From Cyanidioschyzon merolae (lineage: Eukaryota): a DNA stretch of 64,000 nucleotides. Where the stretch lies: assembly GCA_000091205.1 (NCBI GenBank), contig AP006500.2; one strand, written 5' to 3'. Below the pieces are notes generated by a model that saw only the letters and a list, made by a program, of their open reading frames with translations, searched no databases and was not told the origin of the DNA. Made by a program: the position numbers and the translations under genes. Numbering within the stretch: position 1 is the first letter of the stretch; each line of letters starts with the position of its first letter. Below are positions 43,704-56,400 of the stretch, one piece after another.

Positions 43704-46700
43704 GTGGACGCGTGCGGTCGGAACGTTGGTCAAATTTGGTTTTGGGGTTGTTTGGCTCCGGGAACGCTGGTGTTCATGGAGGACGAACATCCTGCGCCTA
43801 ACTCGGATCGCACCTATGCCAGCGACTTGGAGCAGGGGAACGTTTTCGGGAGCAGCCCCTCCGAGCGACACAGTTTCAGCCGCCTTGATGGCAACCGAGC
43901 GGGTTCCATTGGGGATGAGATGGATAGTGATGTAGCTGTTGATGAAGAGGACCGGAATGCGGGTATGGAGGTACTCGGGTTGTTCTCAGTCAGGGCGCGC
44001 TCTCGGGCTCGAGTGCGCAGCGATAACCGCGACGGCAGTGACAGTGGTAGTGCTCTTGACGAGGGCGTCGACGACAACAGCGACGATCATGGCGATGATA
44101 TTGCTGGATTCGGTGAGAGCGACGATCTATCGGGAGACGTGGACAGCAGTGATTGCGGTTTTGAAGACGACCAAAACACCGATGTCGACGCCGCTGGAGA
44201 GAGCGACCTGGAAGAGTTTCCGGACCCAGCTGAAGGAGAGCTGGACTCGTTTCGCCACGACGTGGATGCCACCGATGATGACTTGGGAGAAGAAAACGCC
44301 TCTGATGCGGACGCTTCAACCTTTGGCGATGGCATGGATCACGACGACGACGACGAAGACGAAGACAACGACGACGATGATGATGACGAGGGCGAGGACG
44401 ACGACGACGACAACGATAACGTTGACGAAGAGGAAGACGACGGCGACGACATGCCAAGTGATGATGAGGATGCTGAGTATTCTCAATTTTTCGGCGTTGA
44501 ACAGGAGATGCTTTCCCTCATGGAGCAGCGCGGATCTGCCTGGATGGAGGGTATGCCGGCAGCGCACCTCCAAGCATTGCGCAGAGCCGACATCCAGGCT
44601 CAACGTCTTATGCAGCGCTTTCGGAATGCCGATGATGACATGGAAGTGTTCGTGGTCTGGCGTAATGGACAGGAAGCTGGCGAAATACTCGCAGATCGCG
44701 ATGAGGATGCTTCTCTACCTGGTCTAGGTATACATTTTCTTAACATGACCAACGAACAGCCAGACTGGGCTGAAGGTTTCGGTCTGGGAATCGCCGCAGC
44801 GAATGCGATGTTGCTTAGCGACCCGAGCAGCGAAGCGTTGCGGCCATACGCGCCTGCGCGGCTAGAGCTACCGCAACCGCCGCGCGTTGAGAGCGATTCG
44901 CGATCACCGTCCGAACGTAACTTGTCGGTCGCAGGCAACGTGCTGGACGGCTTGGGCAGTCGCCGACACAGCCCGGGCGCGACTCTGGGCAACATCTTGT
45001 TGTACGGTTCGGGTGCACACTGCCAAAGTTGCCCGAGATCAGCGCGCGAGGCGCTCTCAGCGCTTTGCCGTTCTGACGGCTTGCGCGCCCTGCTGGCGTC
45101 GAGCTCGGCGGTTGCACCGACCGCACTCATGATGCGACGCAATATCAGTTGTGGGGACTGCGGTCTCCGCAATGCGGCGGACGCTCGAATCCATGATTTC
45201 GCGGATCTCGTACTGCGAAGTCCAGCGTTCACAGAGAACCTTGGCCACGGCATCGCAGCTGCATATTTGGTCAGCAAAATGAATCCGCCTCCAAAGGAAT
45301 CCGAGCAGCTGTGGGATCTTGCATCCCTTGGAACCGTGCTCGCTGGAGCGCATTTTCATCCACTCTTTTGGGACGGCGCTCGCGGCAAGAGTTCCGAGTC
45401 GCCACTGCCGGGCTTGTATCGCGCACCACCTGCGCTGTCGATTCGGTTCTCTGAGGATTTGTTGGAAGCGCTGCTGGGGCTGCCTATTGGTCCACTGCTG
45501 GGCATCGATCGTTTCGGAACGCTGGCGGTCACCGGGACGCGCCAAAGGCGGCGAGATGTGCTGCGTCTGTATCGCGCGTTTGGCAGCTGCTCGCTGCGGC
45601 GTGGCGCACCGTACGATGCGCTCAGTGGCCTCGATACCCATGCACGTCATCTGGATACCCAGCAGAAGCGCTTCGCAGCGCTCCACGAGGAAATGCGAAC
45701 ACTCTGGCGCGATGAGCGCGTCCGTAGGGAGCGAGCCCAACTTGACGACGAGTACCGCCGTCTCGTTGACGAAGAGCAAGCGCAGGCCTCGGAATCCTGT
45801 GCGAATGGCAGGCAGGGCGAGCCCGACGTGCCCATGGAACGCTCAGAGCAGCAGGAGCAGGAGCAGGTGCTGCCAGCACCTGGCACGGAGATGGAGGCCG
45901 CTAGCTCATTGACTGGTTCGCTTCTGGAGCATGCGTCTGCTGCGAGTCCGTCACACCCAGCCAGCAGCGGTATGCTTACGGGAGCTGCGGAGACATCAGA
46001 CTCGGCCGTTGTGCTGTCTATGCAAATCGACGATTTGCCGGGCGCTACTCAAGTGCTGGGTCCCGACGCACCTGAACCTGCAGCGAGCGGTGCAGTCGAG
46101 CTCAGTTCGGACGCCGAAGTGCGAGCGCCGCCTGTATCGGACTCTACGACCGATCAAGAGGCAGGGACGCGTTCCATCACCGAGTCCGATATGGAGCACG
46201 TGGCGCGCACTGTCGGCATTGACCCCACGGTGCTCGTCGAGTTACCTCCAGATCTCCGACGAGAAGTCATTCAGCAAAACCTCGCCCAGATTCGGAGCAA
46301 CCCAGCATTTCTGAGCTACCTGCCGGTGAATGTGCGACAGGAAGTTGAGGAGGCAGCTGCCCAGCTTGATCGCCTTCGTGGCTCCGCAGCCGAGATGGAT
46401 AACGCTTCCTTTTTGGCAACGTTGCCCACTGCGCTGCGCGAAGAGATCTATCTAACCTCAGACGAATCGTTTTTGCAGTCATTGCCGCCGCACTTGGCGG
46501 CCGAAGCTCGCGCAGTCCGCGATCGTCGGCGATCATTATCATCAGCATCAGCAGCAGCAGCAGCTGCTGCTGCTTCGGCGTCGTTTCTTGGACCCAATGA
46601 TCTCACTTCTGGTGCGAGCGAAATTTCAGCGCTCATGTCAACGCCGCAAGTCAGCGCGCGAAAAAGCTGTGGCCTTGTCCTGGTCACGCAGTTGGATGTG

Positions 46701-48965
46701 CTGGAGAAGGCGCTGCGCTCGCCCGGAGTCTGCTGCCCGCTGCTCGCGAATACCGTGCGTCTGCTTTGTTACGAGCCAACGACACGGATGCGCATCATTC
46801 GACTAGCCTGGCGGCTCGTGGAATGCCAGCGCCCAGACGATGCGAGCACCGCTGGAAGAAGTGCAGAGCTCGTGGGCAGCTTGCTGCGCTTTAGTCCAAC
46901 GATAGCGCTAGATCTGGTCGCCGCCGATGGCGATCAGCCGTTGATGCACCTGCTCCAGAGCATTCCCAAGGCTGTTCGATTCGGCGGACGCCATTGCCAC
47001 CGTCTGCTGGAGGTGCTGCTTGCGACGACCAGCCTCTTCGTACAACTGTTACGAGGCCAGGTTCCACAGCGTGGTCTGCAATTGGAACCCGCCCAGCCGG
47101 ATGCCTCGATGACGTTGCCAGTCGTTCCGCCGGTGGTCGCTCCGGGGGTGCTCAACGACCTGGCGATTGCCTTGCAGGTTCCGGATCTATCTGCTCGCTC
47201 CTGGGACCGTTTGCTCTCCATCTACGAGTACCTCTATGGCGAAGAGCAGAATCGTGATACTGTCATCCAGTGTCTCGTTCAGATTGCGGGAGCGCTAATC
47301 GAACCGGTGTGTGCTGCCATTCGCGAAGAGCCCGGCTTACGGCCGTGTGAGAGCTTCTTCGTCCAGACAGTGAAGAGTGTTGCGCAGCTGGTGCGTCCGC
47401 ATCTCGAGTGCCTGCAGGTGCTGGAGCCGGTATGGACGTGCCTCGAGGAGCAGTTGGCCGCGGGCGCAGGTGCGGGTCCACCGGTGCGCCTCTCGCGTCT
47501 CATTGAGTGCTACCTTCAGGCGCACAGTATCCGCTTGCCGGACCTGTTAGCGGATCTCAACCAACCGCCAGTGCTGGAGAGCAACCCCTCGCTGCTGGCG
47601 CGTTCGGAGTCTGCGTCAACGTTGCGCTCGTCGACAACGACAACAACAACAACAACGACAAATGGCGTTACGCTGCCCGAGTCGGTCATGGCGATCGACC
47701 GTGAACTCGCAAGCTTCCTGGAGCGGCACACGCTGCAGATCAATCAATTACTGCAATTGAATCCGGCCCTGTTTCGTCAGGGATTTCAATCGACGCTCTT
47801 GCATGCCCGCTTTCTGGAATTCGAAAACAAGAAAGTGTTCTTCCGGCACGTTATCCAGGAACAGCGACGCGCGAGTCGACAATCGCCCGTGCGTCTGCTC
47901 GTGCGCCGCGACTGCGTTTTCGAGGACAGCTATCATCAGTTACGGCCGCGCAGCGCTGCGGAGCTTCGTGGAACCCTCACCGTCCAGTTCGTTGGCGAGG
48001 AAGGCATCGACGCCGGTGGACTTTTGCGCGAATGGTACGTGATCCTGGCTCGCAAGATCTTCGACGAGAATTACGCGCTCTTTCGCCGTTGCGTCGGCAA
48101 AAGCGCTGCATACCATATCAACGAATGTTCGTATATTAACGAGGATCATCTGGGCTTTTTCAAGTTCATCGGACGCTTCATCGGCAAAGCGCTCTGGGAC
48201 GGTCAACTCCTGGATGCCTATTTCGCTCGCTCCGTTTACAAGCACATGATCGGCATAAGGCCTTCGTACCACGATATTGAAGCGATCGACCCGGAATACT
48301 ACGCCAGTCTGGTGTGGATGCTCGAGCATAACATCGCTCACGTGCTGGACTTGACCATGGCGGCGGAGCTGGACCAGTTCGGAGAGCTCAAAGTCGTGGA
48401 TCTGGTACCCGGCGGCCGCCATATTCCCGTAACCGAGGAGAACAAATGGGAATACGTACGACTCATTACCGAACTCAAAATGACCAAAGCCGTGGAGCCC
48501 CAGTTGCAGGCGTTTCTCGAAGGGTTTCACGAAATGGTACCGCGCTCACTCATTGCCATGTTCAGCGATTACGAACTGGAGTTGCTTATCTCCGGTCTGC
48601 CCGAGATCGATACCGCTGATCTCAAGATGCATACCACGTACAGCGGCTACCGACCGTCGAGCCCACAGATCCAGTGGTTCTGGCAAGCGGTTGCCGAGAT
48701 GGATCGTGACGATCGCGCACGTCTCGTGATGTTCGTCACCGGCAGCAGCAAGGTACCGCTGGGCGGCTTTGCGAACCTCCCCGGTATGAATGGCGGTGTT
48801 CAGCGCTTCCAGATCCATCGCGTTGCTGGTGATACCGATCGTCTGCCGAGTGCACATACCTGCTTTAATCAACTTGATCTCCCTGAGTATAGCAGTTATG
48901 AAAAGCTTCGCGAACGCTTATTGACAGCAGTTCGTGAAGGCAACGAGGGTTTCGGGTTTGGTTGA
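43704..48965 (+). CDS. HECT-domain E3 ubiquitin ligase, HUWE1/UPL1-like (UBM-type repeats plus C-terminal HECT). It contains long acidic and low-complexity tracts.
   Basis: HECT: 'LTVQFVGEEGIDAGGLLREWY...', 'YHDIEAIDPEYYASLVWMLEHNI', 'PLGGFANLPGMNGGVQRFQIHRV...LPSAHTCFNQLDLPEYSSYEKLRERLLTAV' (catalytic Cys in 'HTCFNQL'). UBM-like repeats: 'LVELPPDLRREVIQQNL', 'YLPVNVRQEVEEAAAQL', 'FLATLPTALREEIYLTS'. Poly-D/E coded by (GAC/GAT)n at about 44337..44452; poly-T coded by (ACA)n at 47634..47660. Confidence 0.85.
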   Translation: MDACGRNVGQIWFWGCLAPGTLVFMEDEHPAPNSDRTYASDLEQGNVFGSSPSERHSFSRLDGNRAGSIGDEMDSDVAVDEEDRNAGMEVLGLFSVRARSRARVRSDNRDGSDSGSALDEGVDDNSDDHGDDIAGFGESDDLSGDVDSSDCGFEDDQNTDVDAAGESDLEEFPDPAEGELDSFRHDVDATDDDLGEENASDADASTFGDGMDHDDDDEDEDNDDDDDDEGEDDDDDNDNVDEEEDDGDDMPSDDEDAEYSQFFGVEQEMLSLMEQRGSAWMEGMPAAHLQALRRADIQAQRLMQRFRNADDDMEVFVVWRNGQEAGEILADRDEDASLPGLGIHFLNMTNEQPDWAEGFGLGIAAANAMLLSDPSSEALRPYAPARLELPQPPRVESDSRSPSERNLSVAGNVLDGLGSRRHSPGATLGNILLYGSGAHCQSCPRSAREALSALCRSDGLRALLASSSAVAPTALMMRRNISCGDCGLRNAADARIHDFADLVLRSPAFTENLGHGIAAAYLVSKMNPPPKESEQLWDLASLGTVLAGAHFHPLFWDGARGKSSESPLPGLYRAPPALSIRFSEDLLEALLGLPIGPLLGIDRFGTLAVTGTRQRRRDVLRLYRAFGSCSLRRGAPYDALSGLDTHARHLDTQQKRFAALHEEMRTLWRDERVRRERAQLDDEYRRLVDEEQAQASESCANGRQGEPDVPMERSEQQEQEQVLPAPGTEMEAASSLTGSLLEHASAASPSHPASSGMLTGAAETSDSAVVLSMQIDDLPGATQVLGPDAPEPAASGAVELSSDAEVRAPPVSDSTTDQEAGTRSITESDMEHVARTVGIDPTVLVELPPDLRREVIQQNLAQIRSNPAFLSYLPVNVRQEVEEAAAQLDRLRGSAAEMDNASFLATLPTALREEIYLTSDESFLQSLPPHLAAEARAVRDRRRSLSSASAAAAAAAASASFLGPNDLTSGASEISALMSTPQVSARKSCGLVLVTQLDVLEKALRSPGVCCPLLANTVRLLCYEPTTRMRIIRLAWRLVECQRPDDASTAGRSAELVGSLLRFSPTIALDLVAADGDQPLMHLLQSIPKAVRFGGRHCHRLLEVLLATTSLFVQLLRGQVPQRGLQLEPAQPDASMTLPVVPPVVAPGVLNDLAIALQVPDLSARSWDRLLSIYEYLYGEEQNRDTVIQCLVQIAGALIEPVCAAIREEPGLRPCESFFVQTVKSVAQLVRPHLECLQVLEPVWTCLEEQLAAGAGAGPPVRLSRLIECYLQAHSIRLPDLLADLNQPPVLESNPSLLARSESASTLRSSTTTTTTTTTNGVTLPESVMAIDRELASFLERHTLQINQLLQLNPALFRQGFQSTLLHARFLEFENKKVFFRHVIQEQRRASRQSPVRLLVRRDCVFEDSYHQLRPRSAAELRGTLTVQFVGEEGIDAGGLLREWYVILARKIFDENYALFRRCVGKSAAYHINECSYINEDHLGFFKFIGRFIGKALWDGQLLDAYFARSVYKHMIGIRPSYHDIEAIDPEYYASLVWMLEHNIAHVLDLTMAAELDQFGELKVVDLVPGGRHIPVTEENKWEYVRLITELKMTKAVEPQLQAFLEGFHEMVPRSLIAMFSDYELELLISGLPEIDTADLKMHTTYSGYRPSSPQIQWFWQAVAEMDRDDRARLVMFVTGSSKVPLGGFANLPGMNGGVQRFQIHRVAGDTDRLPSAHTCFNQLDLPEYSSYEKLRERLLTAVREGNEGFGFG

Positions 48966-49120
48966 GGCGTATCGAAAGCGTATGTGTTCGGTCTTTGGAA
49001 GCACGTCTCGCTTGAAAGCCGTTGCGAACGGTTATGCCTAGCAGTTCGTAAAGGCAACGAGGCTTTCGGGTTTCGTCCGTAGCGCACCAAAAGCGTACTC
49101 TGGAGCACGTCGTACCCGGT
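48928..49120. repeat. Tandem duplication (~90 bp x2, period ~113 bp) spanning the HECT gene stop codon.
   Basis: Copy 1 (48928..49017) 'gcagttcgtgaaggcaacgagggtttcgggttt...' encodes the last residues 'AVREGNEGFGFG*'. Copy 2 (49041..49120) 'gcagttcgtaaaggcaacgaggctttcgggttt...' is diverged. Confidence 0.6.
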
Positions 49121-50257
49121 CATCTTTTCGTCGGTTCAAACGGAACCGTGTCCCGTAAAGAACGCGAGCACTTGTAGTCGTGAACAAAAAGACGCTGTAC
49201 GCAAACACAAACACACACACCTGCACCTGCACCCCGCTTGACCTGGTCTGCCGGCACTCACACTATCACCAGAAGAGTCACGTTTCAGAAAGTGTCCACT
49301 GGGTTCATGGAGTGGTTGCGTAGCGCACCTGCACCAGAGCGCAACGAACGACGACAGGCGTTCTGGGAAGCTCTCCGCGAACGCCGGACCTACAGCGATG
49401 CCTCTCTACAATGCTGACACGTCCACGCGGCATCAGAGTAGCTGAAGCGTATGCTTCAAGTCTGAGTAGACGCGTCGAATGAAGCTGAACGGTACTAGAG
49501 AGGCGTTATCGTACGCGCAACGCGAACATGGTATCCATGGACTAGGGTCTGCATAGACAAGTACAGACGAGGAAGAAGATCGTGATTTACGGTAGGGGAG
49601 GTCGGAAACCGATAATTGTCGTACGGAATCGCAGAACGCAGGTCATGAGAAACGATCCTGCACCTGGATGTGGAGAAACGAAGCGGACTAGCCAGTGAAA
49701 CGCTATGGAAAGGCGCGTATTCCCCGCTAGCCGCCACAGCACACACATAAGACACGGACACGGACGCAGCGCTGAACCTGCACCCGAGTCCACGAACACC
49801 ATATGTTCATGGGATCTGGGCTGTGCACCATGAACGTATTCGGGTCACTGTTTCGACTCTATCCGTATCTCGATGGTGTCCACTTGATGAACGGAGTGTG
49901 TTTACGGGTGCCTGCGTTGCCTGGTCATGTACAGACACCTGGGCTGGTACCTGTTCAAGCGTTTCTGGCGTGTGGTCTAGCGCGATACACGCAGGCACTG
50001 CACTCGGGCGCAAGCGAATCCAGGATAAACGAAATTGTTACGGGAAGAGGTACGGCTGGTTCTGGTTTCGTGGTCGAAAAGCGCAGCACCGTATTACCAG
50101 TCTGGGACAAGGCATCAGGCGGGTCCATGTCCGTCCAAGTACTTGCCGCTGAACTGCAGCCGTGCTCATGGAGCGCTCACGAACGGGATGCAGGCACCGT
50201 TCGACGCACCGGTACTGGCGTGCATTCTCCTCGGCGATGAGCCGTGACATCGGGATC

Positions 50258-50258
50258 C

Positions 50259-50291
<33 letters not shown>
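50258..50291. repeat. (CAG)11 microsatellite in the 3' flank of the giant minus-strand gene.
   Basis: Perfect cagcag... run. The corresponding protein-coding (CTG/TTG)n at 51727..51780 encodes polyQ inside the giant ORF. Confidence 0.8.
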
Positions 50292-50478
50292 CGACTCGCA
50301 CGAATGCCTTGTGCTGTCCACTCGGTGCAGCACGATCAGTCACAGTCATGTGCCGCGATTCCGCGAATGAATAGAACGGATCAAGCCGCGTTCCGTAACG
50401 CTCGCGGCTACACGATGGCACCCTGCACCCATTCGTGACGTCTCGCGTGCTGTGAATGCTGGAGCGTATCTGAACCCG

Positions 50479-53400
50479 CTAAAATGACGGCGAACGCGAT
50501 ATCGTTTCCTCTGCGTCATCGGTATCCGCAGAGCGCTTGCGTTCAAGCGCTGCGCCAGACCAGGACAGCTCCTGGTTTGGCTCCAACATCGACTCCGGGT
50601 CCAGCACCGGCTCCGGGAGCCGAGCGCGCCCCAGTGCACCCAGCAGGGGTGCATAGTCGAATAGGTCGCTCTTCACGCTCGGCAGACTGCGCAGAAGCTC
50701 ACGCAAGCGATGCGCCTCGAGTGCCGCTCCGTTCTTGAGCAATGGATAGCGACCGGTGCGATCGGGGCCGTACTGCAAGAGGCCCGGCCCGTAGAACACC
50801 GCCAGCTGATACAAACACTCGAGCAGCGTGTTCGCTTGTGTTGGTTCCTGGAAACTGCTTCCGTACAGTTCAAGCAGCAGGTTGGATCCCCCGGTCGTAG
50901 CCATCTGTCGATGAGCGTCGTGCACGACCAGTCGCGTCGTCAATGACGCAAGACGGGCGATGGACTGGGGGCGCTCATGCGTCGCCGTCGACGTCAAAAC
51001 GGCTTCGCTGCGCACACTGACGCCCTCGAAAGCCTGCAGGTCGCGCCAGCGCTGAAGCGCTTCCGTCCAGAGCTCCAGCGCCAGTGCTTGCGGCTCACCA
51101 GCATGGGCGCTCAATTGCACCACAAGCGCCCGAGCGCTTAGATAGCGCCAGTCCACCGCACTTAGAGGATCGGCGGCACCCGCCGCAACGGACGCTTGCA
51201 TGTTTGGTGCCTGGGCGGCCAAGCAGCGCACCAACCAGTCCCGATAACTGGCCGCAGAGGGGCGACGAAGCACGCGCGTGAGCGCCGTCGCAAAGGGTGC
51301 GCCAAACGTGCTCATGCAGCTAGCTAGCGCCCAAACCAGACCCGGCTCCTCGTGACTCATTAACAGCGTCAGCAGATTGCCATCAACTCGGACGGTCTCG
51401 ATCGACGGACAATCGCTATTCAGCTGGTAGCGCGGTTCAGCGCGGCGGTCACGCGTCGCATCCACAGGCCGGAGGCAGCGCATGAGCGAAACGCTTAACG
51501 CCATTGGATGCAGGGCCTGGAGCCGCTCCAGCACTGGATTCAGCGATGCCGCAGTCACAGTGTGCTGATGCTGACCGCTTTGACTGAGGGACTCACGGAA
51601 CGCCTCGCGCAGCACGCGATCAAACGCTGAAATCACCAGTCCAATATCGTGCTCGTAAAAGGCGATGCGAACGTATTCGGCAAGCAGGAGCCAGGCGTGC
51701 AGCATCCGCGCCACCAGAGGCGCTACCTGCTGCTGCTGTTGTTCTTGTTGTTGTTGTTGTTGCTGCTGCTGTTGCTGCTGCGCTCGCAGCGCGTCTATAT
51801 GGCGCTGCATGCGCAAAAACGCCTGCAAAACGGCAGCCGGCGTCGGCGCTGCAACCCGCACCTGCGCATGCGCTGCAGCAACAACCGCCTCCAGGGCACT
51901 CAACTCTAAATCCAATAGCGCCAACCGCTGAGAAGGTTCAGCGGAAGCAGCACCCGCAACCTGATGCGCTTCTATCCAATCCCATAGCGGCCGAATGACG
52001 CCCAGCATTTGTTCGAGCACCGTCGGCAAACGTACCCGCTTCCATCGATACTGCCATAGCGTCCCCAGCGCCTGTCGAGCCAGGAACCGCGGTAAATGAG
52101 CGGTCAGTACACCACGCGGTATATACGGTACCGTCGTTACATAGGACGGTCGTTCAGCAATGCGCCCGGTTGGCTGCGTGGCCCCCGCAGCCGGCTCATG
52201 CACCGAGTGCGCCGTGATCACACGCAGCAGCAGCGCGTAGAGCATCAGGTACGCGGGCATGCGTGCATCCTGCGGAGGACACGTGTCCAGCGAAGCTTCC
52301 AGAATCTCGGCAAGGACACGCAGCATCGACACGCTCGTATCATGGAAGCCGAGGCGTGCGATCCAGTGTACTGCCACAGCCGGTGCCCGCACGACCAGGC
52401 TAGCCAAGGGATGCTCATCGAGAGGGCGTGTTCGTGACGTGCCCGTTGCGTCCATTTGACGGGATGAAAGCAGCGACTTGTCTTCGAGCCATGTCGTCGG
52501 TGGTAACAGACTCCAACACTCAGCAACGAGCGCAGTGTCGAGCGTTTCAGGCGGCGCGCTGAATAGGCGATGCAGCGCTTGTTCCCGTACCCATTTCCGG
52601 AGTTGTTGCTGAAAACTGATCCAGTCCAGCTGCGGCATCCGTTGTCGTCGATGACCAACTTGCAAGAGGCGCAACAGTCGACGACTCCAGGGCAGGAGCA
52701 CATCAATGCGCGCCGGGCGTAGCGGGAAACTGCTGCCTTTGCCGTATGTGTCCACGAAGCGTTCCAAAGCTTCATCCGAATCGAGTAGCAAGTCGGGATG
52801 ACGGTGCATGGGTGCCCGCTCCGAAGATCTCCACCTCAGACCGGCTTCGAGGCCAGCCACGGGCGGTGCTGCGCCGCCGCCACTAGCTAGTAGTGATGAT
52901 GGTGCTGGTGCTGGTGGCGATGCATCCACGGCAAGCAGCAGTCGTACCAGGTTCAGTAGACGGAATACGAACAGACGAGGCCATTGCGACCAGTCGTGCT
53001 CAAGAAGTCGACGCACAAGCACGCTTACCAGTGCCAAATAGGATGTCCGCGTTGCCTGCTCCGCATTCCACGCGTCGTTCGGCGACGCTGCCGCTGCCAT
53101 CGTTGTTGTTGTTGTTGGTGGTGGTGTTGTAGCTGCAACTGCAGATGAACCGCCGCTCATGCCAAAAGCCGCTGCAGTCATCCGCGTCGCAGCGTCGCTG
53201 TCACGTCGCGAGCGCGTTTCGACGCCGACCGCATCCCCAGCAGGTGCCAGACGCGCTGCGGTCGCTTCGCGGCGCTCCGAGCTTGGTGTCGCGTCGCCTA
53301 GCGCTAGGTCTTCGGCGAGCAGCGCAACGACCAACAGGTCAAGCAGTGCATCCAGAGCTCGGCAGGTGTCCAGCGAGACCGGCGGTACCAGCTGACGCAC

Positions 53401-56400
53401 CAGACGAAACAACTCCACTGGCCAGCCGCGAGCGTACAACACCGTCAATAGGCGACGCGCTGTGCGTCGCGGCAACGACGACTCTTGGAGCAGCGCTCGC
53501 AGAGACGAAACCAAGCCCACCAGATAGATACACTGTGCTGGCTCCAGATGAGCGGTTGTCGGTCGTTGCACCAGCTCCCATACGTCCCCCGTGAACAGCG
53601 TCTCGCAGGCAGCCCAGTGACCAACAAGCACGTCAGCTAGGGTGATGTCCAGTTCACTCTCCTGGAGCACACACTGGTAGAATGGACGAACATTCACCCC
53701 GAATATAGCCAAAGCGCGTGCAACGCCAAACACCTCGGTAACATTCTGCTCGGCACGTTCACTGCTCCACTGCATCGTATCGGTTGCCGGGGATGAAGCA
53801 GCCTGCGCCGTACCACCGGAACGCCAGGGCGGTGACTGCAGCGGCCTCGAAGGCACCGCTCTGGTAGCGTTCGACAGTCGACTGGTACGATCCGCCGCGG
53901 TGGACGCTTGCTCAATCATTACCACCTCGATTTCCAGGGATCTCTTCGCTGGAAGCGCGACTGGATACACTGTAACTGCTTCGAAGGCACACTGGGCAAG
54001 CGCGAAACGAGCCAGTCGCTCTAAGCACCCGACTGCCTGCAGAAGCGTTCCGTCGCCTACTGCAGTGTCCGTAGCGGCAGACGCAGCTGCAGCTCTGCCG
54101 CCACTCATACCACGGAGACGAAACTTGTGCTTCAGCTGTTGACCCCAGAGCGCGAGCAGCATCAGAAGCGTTCCGAGTTCACTGGCCAGAGAGAGCGTCT
54201 GCGGCCAGTCAGATTCGAGTATTGCTTCGAAAAGCGGCGGTGCTCGCTGGGCATTGCGACTTGCGTGCGTCGATAACGATGACGATGACGCTCGTTGTGA
54301 GCCAATGGATGACGCTCGGATTCGTGTGCAATGCACCGGGGAGACCTGGTTCAGCACCAGCGGTAGCGCTTGGGCAAGACGCTGGCCAAGCATGGCGCGT
54401 ACACGAGCGGCCTCGATCACCATGCCAGCTCGCAACGCCTGACGACGTACCGATTCCGTCACTTGGATTAGTTGACGAACGCTCGGAACCGCTCGATCTT
54501 CATTCGAGCTGAGCAGGTACAACCCCAGCGGAACAAACAGCGAACGCAAAGCCTCCAGCCACAGCGCGGCCTGCAACTCCTCAAGTCGCTCCCGTGTGAG
54601 TGCAGCAACGCGTCGCTCAGCGGACTGGCGCGATGTAGCAAGCAACGCCTTGCGTAGCAACTCGCAGAACATCATCGCGCTATCCAAGGCAAGCAGCTCT
54701 TCCGTCCGCTGCACCACGAGTACCTCGAGTGATGCACCCGCAGAGGCCGCAGCGCTCTCGTCCACATTGTCGTTCGTGGTGCTAGCGCTGAGTGCTTGAT
54801 GCTGGTCGCGCTCGCGGAGCCAGCTTTGTAGTTCACTGAGCACCACTTGTTCAAAAATCGTCTGCACTGTTGGGCCGCGTTTCCACAGGCCCCTAATGAA
54901 ACTCAAGTCGTAGCCCGAGTGGAATCGAGCACGAGATAGCGCAGGTCGATAGAGCATCACTCGCACGAGACAAGACAGCATACGTCCGAGAATTGAGCTG
55001 GGCGTTGGCCCCGGTCGCAACTGCCCCAACGGGGCTGTTGGTACCTCAGCCAGCTCCGTGCACGTCGATTCCACGGGTTGAAGCAAAGCCTCCAGCTGTT
55101 CCCGTCGGATGCAGAGAGCATCTAGCGCATGCCAGGCGGCTATGTATGCTTCTGCTGTCGCCGGGAGGTCCATCGATGTCGACTGCTCCGCCGCCAGCAC
55201 AGCCAGTAATCCGTCGATGGTGTGTTCCTCCCAGAAAACTGCTGCATTGGCGGGATCATCGTTCATTGCCAAGGCCAAGGTCTGCGTTGCGACGCTCCAG
55301 ACAGCACCACCAAACAGTCTCGGATGGCGCAGGACTTGCTCCAGCAAGTGTCGAATCACAGGTTGATGTAGGGTCAAGGGCTCCGCCGGCGTTCCGGCAG
55401 CAGCGGTAGCATTCCCACCAGAGGTTGCCGGGCCCGAGTGCGCACCTGTCGCTTGCGCGCGTTCTGAAGGTAACCACGCCGTTGGACCAGTTGTGCTCGC
55501 AGCTGGCATCGTACCGGAGAGTGTCGGTGATGCATTCCGTATCAAAGAGGCAGCAGCGGGAGTCCCGTTACCGTTCGATTGACTCTCGTAGCGTAACAGC
55601 AAAAAGTGCCAAGCGATGCGCATCCAGGTGCTCTCCAGCAGCGTCAACGTTCCAAACGTTTCCGAAAGTGCCTCGGCTGCGTCATGGTGTGCCCAGGGGT
55701 ACGCCCGGATGCGTTCTAGGTAGCGTTCGTGTTCCCGATGAGCAGCGGACCTCTCAGAAACGTGCCCGATGAGGTATTGCAGCTGTGCGAGTAGCATCTG
55801 CTGGACGTATGCCATTTCGTGGCGAAGCAATCCGAAAAAAGAGTCATCAGAGCGCGTTTGACGAAACACCATCGTCCAGAACTGCAATGCCCATAGCGAC
55901 AGCAGTGAAGCTGGGGCAACCGCCCCCAGTACACCGGTCAGTTTTTGAAACAAACCCACCAGTTGCAGTTGTAAACGCCCATCGAGATGCTGGAGACGTC
56001 GCTCCCGCCGCAGTAGTCGACTCATGGTGCTCAGATAGAGCTCCAGCCGCTCGGCGTGACTAGAGGATGCATCATTGGGCGTTTCCTGTTGCGTCTGGAG
56101 TGCAGTACACACCGCCTGGAACAGCCAACTGGCTCCGCGGCCATGTAGCATCGATGTGAGCAGCGGTTTCTCCCACTTCCACGTCGCTGCAGCAACAGCT
56201 AGCAGACGCAGCGACGCACGCTCGACAAGAGCCCTGACACTGGGGTGGAGCTCGACGCTCACTGCGTTTCGCGCTCCGTTAGCCAGCGCCGGGCGTTGAC
56301 TGGTTTGAAAGAAGGCACCCCGCAGAGTATCGATCACGTCCTCCCAAAAGTGTGGTTCGCTCATCAACAACTGCTCCAGAGATACTCGCGCCGTGCCCGA

